Shown here piece by piece: positions 39,114-48,341 of a DNA stretch of 64,000 bases. Made by a program: the position numbers and the translations under genes. The stretch lies in NCBI GenBank assembly GCA_902601455.1, contig CACKNC010000001.1, positions 167,162 through 231,161 on the forward strand, given 5' to 3'. Origin of the DNA: an uncultured Alphaproteobacteria bacterium (GTDB taxonomy: Bacteria; Pseudomonadota; Alphaproteobacteria; HIMB59; GCA-002718135). Numbering within the stretch: the stretch's first letter is position 1; each line of letters opens with the position of its first letter. The notes below the pieces were generated by a model. That model had not been told where the DNA came from. It ran no database searches and worked only from the letters and a program-made list of their open reading frames with translations.

Positions 39114-40088
39114 ATGAACAATAATATACTTATTGATGGCCTCGAATATGTAAATTGGACTAGAGATCTATTTGAAAAAGCTCATGCAGGAGGCTTAACT
39201 GCAATTCATACAACCCTAGTGTATTGGGAAGATACTAAAGAGTCTTTTGATAAAATAGATTATTGGGACAATCTTATTCAATCAAACAGTGATATCTTAG
39301 TTCACGTCAAAACATCCTCAGATATTTTGGAAGCTAAAAAAGCAAATAAGATTGGTATAATTTATGGTTTTCAAAATTCCGCTCCAATTGCTAATGATAT
39401 TTTTTTAGTAGAAAAGTTTTTTAATAGAGGTCTTCGCTTTATGCAGTTGACATATAATAATCAAACACCTTTGGCGGGAGGATGTTATGAAAAACATGAC
39501 TCAGGTGTATCAAGGTTTGGCGAGATGGTTATTGAAGAGATGAATCGATTAGGAATGATTGTAGATTTGAGTCATGCAGGTAAGCAAACTTGTTTGGATG
39601 CAATAAATTTTTCAAAAAAACCTGTTGCAATTTCTCATGCTAATCCAAGCTCTTTTCATCAATCGATAAGAAATATTGATGATAAGGTTTTAAAACAGTT
39701 GGCAAATAAAAATGGTTTCATAGGCTTAAGTCTGTATCCATATCATTTAAAAAATCATGGTGATTGTAAATTAGAGGATTTTTCTGAGATGATTAAGCAG
39801 TTAATTAATATGATGGGCGAAGACAGTATTGGTATAGGATCTGATCTCTGTATGAACTGGCCAGATAGTGTAGTTATGTGGATGCGAAATGGAAAATGGA
39901 CAAAAAAAATTGATTATGGAGAGTCTAAAGATAAAAATGCAAGTTGGCCAAAACCCGTTTCCTGGTATTCTAAACCAGAAGATTTATCGGGTTTGATTTC
40001 TGGAATGATTTCAAATGGTATTAATGAAAAAATTGCACACAAAATTGCTGGCAAAAATTGGCTAAATTTTATGGAAAGTCACTTTTAG
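39114..40088 (+). CDS. M19 membrane-dipeptidase-family amidohydrolase (degenerate metal site)
   Basis: IDGLEY, IIYGFQN, MQLTYNNQ, DLSHAG, ISHANP, RN, GIGSD. Confidence 0.85.
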   Translation: MNNNILIDGLEYVNWTRDLFEKAHAGGLTAIHTTLVYWEDTKESFDKIDYWDNLIQSNSDILVHVKTSSDILEAKKANKIGIIYGFQNSAPIANDIFLVEKFFNRGLRFMQLTYNNQTPLAGGCYEKHDSGVSRFGEMVIEEMNRLGMIVDLSHAGKQTCLDAINFSKKPVAISHANPSSFHQSIRNIDDKVLKQLANKNGFIGLSLYPYHLKNHGDCKLEDFSEMIKQLINMMGEDSIGIGSDLCMNWPDSVVMWMRNGKWTKKIDYGESKDKNASWPKPVSWYSKPEDLSGLISGMISNGINEKIAHKIAGKNWLNFMESHF

Positions 40089-40948
40089 TTTTTTCTTGTT
40101 ACAAATGTTGAAGCAGCAAGACTAATCAAAACGATTGCAGTTCCTAATAATTGAATGGAAGTTAATTGTTCATTAAGTATTAAAACTGCACCAAATATTC
40201 CTGTAATTGGTTCTAAATATAAAAATAAGGCAGTATTTGTTTGTCCTATTCTTGGAATTGCCAATAGTTGAAGAAACAATGCTATAGCATAAGAGCAAGA
40301 TGGTATTAACAAAATTATAAAAGCGTTAAGATTAACATCCAAATTAATTTCAAAAAATAAACTTAAAATTACTAAAAAGAAAATTGTATTAAAAAAATTA
40401 ATAAAAATATTAATTTCGATAGGCGAAATATTTTTTTTTGACATTGTTTGATTTGTAACAATCATTATTGAAGCGCCCAAAGAAGCAATTAGGGCAAAAA
40501 TTATACCCTGTACTTTAAGGCTTTCTGTTGAAGGACTTAGGGCAAGAAAAAGTCCAATAAAAGTAGTTATGAATAGTAATTTAATAATATTTTTAATTTT
40601 TTCTTTTGTTACAAAAATAGAAATAGTTAAAACTATTATTGGATAGGTGCAAAAAATAATAATTGTTAAACTTACATTTATATAAGTTACAGATATTAAT
40701 AATCCTGTTGTAAGCATTATTGAAGCAACTGTAATTAAAAGGAATAATTTAAAATTGTCTTTATAAGTTTTAAATAAATTTTTTTGATAAGGAATAAGAG
40801 GAGATACAATTAGCAAAGCTACAATATAACGTAAGAATATTGCTAGACCTACACCAGCCCCAAGATTATAAGCAGTTTTTGTTACAGGCCCAATTATTCC
40901 GAAAAATACACCTGCTGCTAAAGCAAATATAATGCCTAAAATGTTCAT
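40085..40948 (-). CDS. DMT/EamA-family transporter
   Basis: About 10 hydrophobic segments in two repeats, FCTYPIIV, YLEPITG, LNEQL. Confidence 0.85.
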   Translation of the reverse strand: MNILGIIFALAAGVFFGIIGPVTKTAYNLGAGVGLAIFLRYIVALLIVSPLIPYQKNLFKTYKDNFKLFLLITVASIMLTTGLLISVTYINVSLTIIIFCTYPIIVLTISIFVTKEKIKNIIKLLFITTFIGLFLALSPSTESLKVQGIIFALIASLGASIMIVTNQTMSKKNISPIEINIFINFFNTIFFLVILSLFFEINLDVNLNAFIILLIPSCSYAIALFLQLLAIPRIGQTNTALFLYLEPITGIFGAVLILNEQLTSIQLLGTAIVLISLAASTFVTRKN

Positions 40949-40965
40949 ATAATTTAAATTTTTTT

Positions 40966-40994
40966 TTGACTAATGCTCTTATGACAGGTATTCA
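40966..40994 (+). promoter_or_regulatory. Putative sigma70 promoter for potA-like gene
   Basis: TTGACT(40966-40971)-N17-TATTCA(40989-40994). Confidence 0.5.
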
Positions 40995-41026
40995 CACTAC
41001 AACAACAAAAAAAAACATACAAAATC

Positions 41027-42124
41027 ATGAATTCAGATACTGCAAAATCTTTCGTAAAATTTGAAAAAATAGACAAAAGTTATGATGGCGAAGTCCTAGT
41101 AGTTAAAAATTTAAATCTAGATATTGCAAAAGGTGAATTTGTAACCATGCTAGGTCCTTCAGGTTCAGGTAAAACCACAACTCTGATGATGTTAGCTGGT
41201 TTTGAAACTCCAACCAATGGTGAAATATTTCTTGATGGTATGCCAATAAGTAAAATACCTCCCTATGAAAGAGAAATTGGTATGGTATTTCAGAATTATG
41301 CGTTGTTCCCCCACATGACAGTTCAAGAGAATTTAGCCTTTCCACTTGAGGTAAGAAAAATGTCTAAAGAGGAGACAAAAACAAAAGTTCAAAAGGCTCT
41401 TGATATGGTTGAGCTTGGAGAATTTGGAACTCGTTTCCCTGCGCAACTATCTGGTGGGCAACAACAAAGAGTGGCGCTAGCTAGAGCGTTAGTATTTGAA
41501 CCAAGACTCGTCTTAATGGATGAGCCTCTAGGAGCGTTAGATAAAAATCTTAGAGAACAAATGCAATATGAAATAAAACATATTCATGACAGAATAGGAA
41601 TTACAGTTGTTTATGTAACACATGATCAAAGTGAAGCATTAACAATGTCAAATAGAATTGCAGTATTTAATGATGGTTTAGTTCAACAATTATCTACCCC
41701 AGATATCTTATATGAAAAACCTGAAAATTCTTTTGTTGCTCAATTTATTGGTGAAAATAATAGAATGACTGGAACTATTAAAAGTATGGATAATAATTAT
41801 TGTTCAGTTGATTTAGATAATGGAGCTGGTACAGTGAAAGCTCTCAAAGTGAATGTTGGCGGGACTGGTGATAAGACACAACTATCTGTTAGACCTGAAA
41901 GAGTTTCATTAGGTTCTGAAGGTAATGGAGAAAACGTATTTACTGGTAAGGTAGAAGAACTAATTTATTTAGGTGATCATATAAGGGTTAGATTAGATGT
42001 TTGTGGTAACAATGAGTTTATTGTCAAAGTTCCTAACGAAGGATCATTTAATTATAGTGAGGGAGATTCAATTAAATTAAATTGGAATCCTGACGATATA
42101 AGAGCTTTAGACCTCCCTAATTAG
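41027..42124 (+). CDS. potA: PotA-like ABC transporter ATPase with TOBE domain
   Basis: GPSGSGKTT, VFQNYALFPHM, LSGGQQQRVALARALVFEP, MDEPLGALD, VTHDQSEA. Confidence 0.88.
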   Translation: MNSDTAKSFVKFEKIDKSYDGEVLVVKNLNLDIAKGEFVTMLGPSGSGKTTTLMMLAGFETPTNGEIFLDGMPISKIPPYEREIGMVFQNYALFPHMTVQENLAFPLEVRKMSKEETKTKVQKALDMVELGEFGTRFPAQLSGGQQQRVALARALVFEPRLVLMDEPLGALDKNLREQMQYEIKHIHDRIGITVVYVTHDQSEALTMSNRIAVFNDGLVQQLSTPDILYEKPENSFVAQFIGENNRMTGTIKSMDNNYCSVDLDNGAGTVKALKVNVGGTGDKTQLSVRPERVSLGSEGNGENVFTGKVEELIYLGDHIRVRLDVCGNNEFIVKVPNEGSFNYSEGDSIKLNWNPDDIRALDLPN

Positions 42125-42244
42125 TAAAAACTCTATTTTCTGCGTCTTTTTTCCCCTTTTTTTTAGTTTTTCTACATGTTAAGAGGTGTTTATATATCGA
42201 CATATATAATCTTAAGATTAATTAATTAAAACAGGAGGAAACAT

Positions 42245-43348
42245 ATGTCAAAATTAATAAAAGTTTTCTTGATAGCATCTTTTGCTGTTGCTTCTTTTTC
42301 TGCTAAGGCAGTTACAGTTGCTTCGTGGGGCGGTGCTTACACAGAAAGTCAACAAAAAGCATATGCTGACACATATACTGATCCTAGTTCAATTCAATTT
42401 GAAAACTACAACGGTGGTTTAGGTGAAGTTAGAGCACAAGTTGAAAGTGGAAGCGTAACTTGGGATCTAGTAGATGTACTTCCAAGTGATGCAATTACTG
42501 GTTGTGATGAAGGTTTATTCGAAGATATCTCTTCTGAAATAGCAGAATTATCAACTCCAGGACCTGACGGAGAAACAATGTTAGAAGATATGGAAAATAA
42601 CGGTCTTGAGTATCACTCAGGCTGGGATTGTTGTGTTCCACAAATCTTTTGGACTTACGTAGTATTCTTTGATCCGGATGCATTCCCTGGTGATAAACCA
42701 TCTAGCATGGCTGATTTCTTTGATGTGGAAAAATTTCCAGGTAAAAGAGGAATTCATACATGGGCGACTGGTATTGTTGAAAAAGCTATGGTTGCAGACG
42801 GTGTAAAACCAACTGCAGTACCAACAGTTTTAGAAAAACAAACCGGTGCGCTTGATAGAGCTTTTGCAAAATTAGATACAATTAAGGACCACATAGTATT
42901 CTGGTCTTCAGGTTCTAAACCACTTGAATTAGTTAAGAGTGGTGAAGTTGTAATGGCTATTGCTTATAATGGTCGTGTTGGAGCTGCTAACCTAGCAGAA
43001 GGTGAAAACTTTGAATATATTTGGGAAGGTCAAGTTTTAGACCAAGAATATCTATGTTTAATGTCTGGAGCTCCTAACAGAGATGCTGCTATCGACTTTA
43101 TGATGCATGCATCAACTCCTGAAGCGCAAGCTGAACAAGCAAAGTATATTACTTATGGACCTATGAGAGCGTCTGGTATTCCTATCATTCAAAATAATGA
43201 GCCTTGGGGACCAGGTGGTGTAGAAATTATGCCTCATATGCCTAATACACCTGAACGTTTAAAAGTTTCTATTGTTAGTGATCCACAATGGTGGTCTGAT
43301 AATGGTGCAGAAATTAATGAACGTTATTCAGCTTGGATGGGTAACTAA
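42245..43348 (+). CDS. PotD-like ABC substrate-binding protein (ligand uncertain)
   Basis: Signal peptide, SWGGAYTESQ, TWDLVDV, GCDEGLFE, DFFDVEKFPGKRG, YNGR; SD AGGAGG. Confidence 0.85.
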   Translation: MSKLIKVFLIASFAVASFSAKAVTVASWGGAYTESQQKAYADTYTDPSSIQFENYNGGLGEVRAQVESGSVTWDLVDVLPSDAITGCDEGLFEDISSEIAELSTPGPDGETMLEDMENNGLEYHSGWDCCVPQIFWTYVVFFDPDAFPGDKPSSMADFFDVEKFPGKRGIHTWATGIVEKAMVADGVKPTAVPTVLEKQTGALDRAFAKLDTIKDHIVFWSSGSKPLELVKSGEVVMAIAYNGRVGAANLAEGENFEYIWEGQVLDQEYLCLMSGAPNRDAAIDFMMHASTPEAQAEQAKYITYGPMRASGIPIIQNNEPWGPGGVEIMPHMPNTPERLKVSIVSDPQWWSDNGAEINERYSAWMGN

Positions 43349-43379
43349 GGTTGATAAAGTAAATAAATTAATTTAATTT

Positions 43380-43405
43380 AAAGGCGAGATTTTTCTCGCC
43401 TTTTT
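43380..43405 (+). terminator. Hairpin + T-run after the SBP gene
   Basis: AAAGGCGAGA-TTTT-TCTCGCCTTT-TT. Confidence 0.8.
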
Positions 43406-43421
43406 AATTTGGGAGGTTTGT

Positions 43422-44687
43422 ATTTCTACTGCAGAATTATTAACAACTGACGGCGTACCACTAAAGCAAAGTCTAAAAAAAGCTGAACGTAAAAATAAGA
43501 TCAGAGCATTTCTTTTAGTATTTCCTTTGTTGTTATTTATTATAGTAACTTTTGTAATGCCTATTGGTGACATGTTATTAAGAAGTGTTGATGACTCTCA
43601 AATCAATACTGTTTTCCCAAATACTTTTAAAGAATATGAAAAATGGGATAAAGAAAAAGACGAACTACCTCCTGAAGAAGTTTTTAAATCACTATTTGAG
43701 GAATTAGCATATGGGGAGAAAGTTCAAGTTGGCAGAGCTCTTACAAGAATGAACTATTCAAAATCTGGATGGAAAAGTCTTATAAAAAAAACATCAAGAG
43801 CAATAAAAAAAGCTGTTAAAAAAAATGAATTTCCTGACTCATATAAAGATTTTTTAATTACAACTAATGAAAATTGGGCGGATCCAACTTTTTGGTACGC
43901 TATGGGTCAAATGTTAAATAATCAAACTCCTATTTATTACTACAATGCTATTGATATGACTTATGACCAAGACCAAAATGTTGTTCGTCAGGAAGAAAAT
44001 AGAAGAGTGTATGTTCAAACATGGATCAAAACATTTAAGGTAAGTGTCTACGTAACTTTCTTTTGTTTAATATTAGGTTTCCCCGTAGCTCATCTTTTAG
44101 CAAATTTACCTCTTCGTTATAGTAATTTGTTGATGATTTTTGTTTTACTACCATTTTGGACTTCATTACTGGTAAGAACAACTGCATGGATTGTCATGCT
44201 TCAACAGCAAGGTGTTATTAATGGAGTTTTAGTATGGATGGGAATCTTGAACGATGATGGAAGACTATCAATGGTTTATAATGAGACAGGAACTTTAATC
44301 GCCATGACACAAATATTACTACCTTTTATGATACTTCCTTTGTACAGTGTTATGAGAGTAATCCCAAAAAGTCATATGAGAGCAGCCCAAAACTTAGGGG
44401 CAAAACCAGCAATGGCATTTTGGAAAGTATATTTACCTCAAACTATACCTGGTATGAGTGCTGGGGGATTACTGGTTTTTGTTTTAGCAATTGGTTATTT
44501 TATTACACCCGAGTTAGTGGGTGGAAAAGATGGTAAATTAATTGGAAGTTGGATTGCTTATCATCTTAAAACAACTTTAAATTGGGGTTTATGTGCAGCT
44601 CTAGGAGCAATACTTTTAGGAGTAATGCTTGTTTTTTATTGGCTTTATAATAAAATTGTTGGCATAGATAATATTAAATTAGGATAG
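43422..44687 (+). CDS. PotB-like ABC permease with periplasmic insertion; probable ATT start
   Basis: LLPFWTSLLVRT, LLPFMILPLY, RAAQNLGA, FITPELVGG; in-frame extension (I)STAELLTTDGVPLKQSLKKAERKNK upstream of TTG 43527, with GGGAGG 5 nt before ATT 43422. Confidence 0.8.
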   Translation: MSTAELLTTDGVPLKQSLKKAERKNKIRAFLLVFPLLLFIIVTFVMPIGDMLLRSVDDSQINTVFPNTFKEYEKWDKEKDELPPEEVFKSLFEELAYGEKVQVGRALTRMNYSKSGWKSLIKKTSRAIKKAVKKNEFPDSYKDFLITTNENWADPTFWYAMGQMLNNQTPIYYYNAIDMTYDQDQNVVRQEENRRVYVQTWIKTFKVSVYVTFFCLILGFPVAHLLANLPLRYSNLLMIFVLLPFWTSLLVRTTAWIVMLQQQGVINGVLVWMGILNDDGRLSMVYNETGTLIAMTQILLPFMILPLYSVMRVIPKSHMRAAQNLGAKPAMAFWKVYLPQTIPGMSAGGLLVFVLAIGYFITPELVGGKDGKLIGSWIAYHLKTTLNWGLCAALGAILLGVMLVFYWLYNKIVGIDNIKLG

Positions 44688-44689
44688 AT

Positions 44690-45586
44690 ATGGCATTACC
44701 AAGTTACGCTTCAACTGTACAAAGAACATATTATTATACATATCTGTTTTTTTGTGGTGTAGTTTTCTTTTTCCTTGTTGCTCCTTTAATCGCAATCGTT
44801 CCAATTTCATTCAGTGTTTCACCATTTATGGTTTTTACTGATGAAATGCTTGCTTGGCCTCCAAATCCTGAAGCATGGTCTCTTAGATGGTATCAAAATA
44901 TGATTGGAAATTGTAGTGCAGATGTTGTCTCATCAACTGTACCTTGTTCAACAAAATGGATGACAGGAACTGTAAATAGTTTCTTTATTGGAATCACTGC
45001 AACATTTATTGCTACTACTCTAGGCACGTTGGCAGCATTAGGTCTCAGTAGACCTCATATGCCTTACAAAGGTCTAATAATGGCCATACTAATATCTCCA
45101 ATGATAGTTCCTCTAATTATAACAGCTGCAGGAATGTTCTTTTTTTATGCTAGAATTAACCTTGTTTACACGTTTACAGGAGTCATATTAGCTCACGTAG
45201 CATTAGCAACACCTTTTGTTGTTATTACAGTTACAGCCACATTAGTAGGATTTGATATGAATATGGTTAAAGCTTCGCAAAGTTTGGGTGCAAGACCTGT
45301 GAGAACATTTTTTAAGGTTATTATGCCTTTGATTTTACCTGGAGTAATCTCAGGCGCTTTATTTGCATTTATAACCTCATTTGACGAGGTTGTCATAGTT
45401 ATGTTTATGGCAAGTTTGGATCAACTTACTATTCCAAAGCAAATGTGGGCAGGTATTAGGCAAGAAATCAGCCCAGTTATTTTATGTATGGCAACCTGCT
45501 TGGTAATTTTATCTATTTTTTTATTAACCACAGTAGAGCTATTAAGAAGGCGCTCAGAAAAACTTCGCGGAATTAAAGCAAGATAA
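44690..45586 (+). CDS. PotC-like ABC permease
   Basis: FFLVAPL, SLRWY, SPMIVPLII, LAHVALATPFVV, ASQSLGA, FITSFDEVV. Confidence 0.88.
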   Translation: MALPSYASTVQRTYYYTYLFFCGVVFFFLVAPLIAIVPISFSVSPFMVFTDEMLAWPPNPEAWSLRWYQNMIGNCSADVVSSTVPCSTKWMTGTVNSFFIGITATFIATTLGTLAALGLSRPHMPYKGLIMAILISPMIVPLIITAAGMFFFYARINLVYTFTGVILAHVALATPFVVITVTATLVGFDMNMVKASQSLGARPVRTFFKVIMPLILPGVISGALFAFITSFDEVVIVMFMASLDQLTIPKQMWAGIRQEISPVILCMATCLVILSIFLLTTVELLRRRSEKLRGIKAR

Positions 45587-45590
45587 AAAA

Positions 45591-46829
45591 ATGAATGCAA
45601 AACCACATATTGCAGTGGTTGGAGCAGGTATTGTAGGGATTTGCTCAGCTTATTTTTTAAATAAATCTGGTTTTCAAGTAACATTAATAGATAAAAATGA
45701 TCCTGGTACCATTACAAGTTATGGACATGCAAGTACATTTGCTGATTATGCATGTGTACCTGTTAATTCACCAGATTTAATTAAAGAAATTCCATCAATG
45801 CTATTTAGGAGTGATAGTCCTTTAACTGTTGATTTTTTTTACGCAATTAAAAATCTTGATTGGGCATTTAAATTTATAAAAAATTGCACAACAAAACAGG
45901 TTAATTATATTTCTGGCGCATTAGGCAATTTACTTAATAGTGCAAGTGTAAGTTACGATGAAATTTTCTCAGAAGTAGACGTATCAAAATATATAAAAAA
46001 CGAAGAAGCGTTATACTTATATCAAAATAAATATGAATTTTTAAAAGCAAAAACTTCAAATAAAATAAGAGAGAAAAATGGTGTAAAAATCAAAATACTT
46101 TCAAAAAATGAAATATTAGATCTTGAGCCTAATCTTGCTTCTATATTCTATAATGGTCAACTTTTTATTGGTTCACGTCATACAAATAATCCTGCAGCTA
46201 TAAGTAAAAAAATATTTGAAACATTTGTAAATAATGGAGGAAGATTTTTAAAAAATAATATTGCAGATATAAAATCTAAAGAAAATTTGGTTACTTTGAT
46301 CTATGGTAACAATGAACATAATTTTGATAAAGTTATTATTTGTGCCGGCTCATGGTCAAATATTTTGACAAAAAAAATAGGTGATGATTTTCCTTTAGAT
46401 ACTGAAAGAGGTTATCATGTGATGTTTAATAACTATGATTTAATTAATCGACCAGTAGGTTGGTCACAAAGTGGTTTCTATCTTACGCAACTTGAAGAAG
46501 GTTTAAGAGCTGCAGGAACAGTAGAAATTGCTGGTTTAAATAAACCTGAGAATAAAAAAAGAACCAAAATGATTGAGAGTGAGGCTAGAAAATTATTACC
46601 TCAACTTAAAGAAGTAAAAAGTACTTGGTTAGGTTTTAGACCTACATTGCCTGACTCATTACCAGTTATAGGTCCGTCAAAAAAATATAAAAATATTATT
46701 TATGGTTTTGGCCATCACCATATTGGTTGGACACTTGGTGCAGTTACAGGAAAAATAATTAATTCAATATGTAATGATAGAGTTCCAAATATTAATATAG
46801 AGCCTTTCAGTCCAAGTCGCTTCAATTAA
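45591..46829 (+). CDS. FAD-dependent D-amino acid dehydrogenase (DadA-like)
   Basis: VVGAGIVG, TSYGHA, PLDTERGYH, LRAAGTVE, WLGFRPTLPDSLPVIG, FGHHHIGWTLG. Confidence 0.85.
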   Translation: MNAKPHIAVVGAGIVGICSAYFLNKSGFQVTLIDKNDPGTITSYGHASTFADYACVPVNSPDLIKEIPSMLFRSDSPLTVDFFYAIKNLDWAFKFIKNCTTKQVNYISGALGNLLNSASVSYDEIFSEVDVSKYIKNEEALYLYQNKYEFLKAKTSNKIREKNGVKIKILSKNEILDLEPNLASIFYNGQLFIGSRHTNNPAAISKKIFETFVNNGGRFLKNNIADIKSKENLVTLIYGNNEHNFDKVIICAGSWSNILTKKIGDDFPLDTERGYHVMFNNYDLINRPVGWSQSGFYLTQLEEGLRAAGTVEIAGLNKPENKKRTKMIESEARKLLPQLKEVKSTWLGFRPTLPDSLPVIGPSKKYKNIIYGFGHHHIGWTLGAVTGKIINSICNDRVPNINIEPFSPSRFN

Positions 46830-48259
46830 TCTAAACTTATTCCAACGTTTTTAACTTGAAGATAAGATTTTAAAGCATCTACCCCTTTTTCTCTACTATA
46901 ACCTGATTGTTTGTAACCACCGAATGGAGTTGCATGATTACCAGCAAACCATTTATTAACATAGACTTGTCCTGACTCTAATTTACTTGCAGTCCAAGAT
47001 GCTTTTTTAAGATCTTTGGTAAAGACACCTGCTCCTAATCCAAAATCAGTATCATTAGCAATATGAATTGCCTCATCCTGGTCTTCATATTCAAGAACAG
47101 ATAAAACAGGACCAAATATTTCCTCTCTTGCGACTGATGTATCTTGTTTGACATTATTTAATACTGTTGCTTCCATAAAATATCCTTCACGGTCTGCTCT
47201 TTTTCCACCGTGAACAGCTTCTGCTCCCTGCTGAACACCTGAACGCGCATAACCTTCAACTTTTTCAAGCTGCTTTTCTGAAATAATAGGTGTTAAGCCT
47301 GTATCTTTTTCGTATCCAGGACCAACCTTAAGAGATTTACTTAAATCTACAAGCTTCCCAATTAATTCATCTTTCACTGATTTATGGACAACCAAGCGTG
47401 ACATAGCTGTACATATTTGACCAGCAACTCCAAAAATACCGTGACGCGCACTATCTATAACTTGATCAAGGTCAGCATCTTCATAAACTATACCTGCAGA
47501 TTTTCCTCCAAGTTCAATTACTGCTGGAATTGTTTTATCTGCACAGGCATGCAATATTTTTTTTCCTGTCGATACTGAACCTGTAAATACAACATGATTT
47601 ACATCTGGATGTGATACTAAATAAGAACCAGCTTCGTTTCCATATCCACAAATTATATTTACTAATCCATTTGGAACGCCGGCATTTTCAATGGCTTTGG
47701 CGAAAAAAGTAGCAGAAAGAGGTGTTAATTCGGCTGTTTTTACAATTGTAGAATTTCCTGTTGCAAAAGAGCAAGCAAGAGATCTTCCTACCATTGATAT
47801 AGGAAAGTTCCATGGAACAATATGTGCTGAAACTCCAAAGGGTTCTAAAACAGTATAATCAAAAATAGTTGGCGAGACAGGAATTGTTTTGCCTTCAAGT
47901 TTATCGGTGAGACCGGCATAATAATCAAACATATCAGCAACATCATTAAATTCTTTAATAGCTGATCCCAACATTTTACCATTTTCATAGCAAAGCATTT
48001 TTCCACCTTCATCAGCTATTTTTCTTGTTTCATCTGCTATACGGTGCATTAATTTTGCTCTTTCAAGTAAAGGCATATCTACCAATACTCTTGAATTAAA
48101 AGCTGCTTTTGCTGCAGATACAGCAAGATCTACTTCATTTTTTTTAGCACATGAAATTTCACCAATAATTTTACCAGTAGCAGGATCATCGACTTGAATA
48201 ATATCTTTTGACTCACTCTCTAACCATTTGCCGTCAATGTAATTTTTATAAAGTTTCAT
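46826..48259 (-). CDS. NAD(P)-dependent aldehyde dehydrogenase
   Basis: VPWNFP, FTGSVSTG, ELGGKS, GQICTA, EEIFGPV, PFGGYKQSG. Confidence 0.92.
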   Translation of the reverse strand: MKLYKNYIDGKWLESESKDIIQVDDPATGKIIGEISCAKKNEVDLAVSAAKAAFNSRVLVDMPLLERAKLMHRIADETRKIADEGGKMLCYENGKMLGSAIKEFNDVADMFDYYAGLTDKLEGKTIPVSPTIFDYTVLEPFGVSAHIVPWNFPISMVGRSLACSFATGNSTIVKTAELTPLSATFFAKAIENAGVPNGLVNIICGYGNEAGSYLVSHPDVNHVVFTGSVSTGKKILHACADKTIPAVIELGGKSAGIVYEDADLDQVIDSARHGIFGVAGQICTAMSRLVVHKSVKDELIGKLVDLSKSLKVGPGYEKDTGLTPIISEKQLEKVEGYARSGVQQGAEAVHGGKRADREGYFMEATVLNNVKQDTSVAREEIFGPVLSVLEYEDQDEAIHIANDTDFGLGAGVFTKDLKKASWTASKLESGQVYVNKWFAGNHATPFGGYKQSGYSREKGVDALKSYLQVKNVGISLD

Positions 48260-48341
48260 ATTTTGTAATTTTTGTTTGTTTGTTGATACATCTTATCATA
48301 AAAGAATTGATTTAACATACTAAAAAAACTAAATCGTTGTA

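Noticed and set aside
43418-43450. TTG at 43418 as permease start or leader peptide
   Set aside because: Out of frame, stops after 10 codons, and lies only 1 nt from the SD; ATT at 43422 has proper spacing and frame
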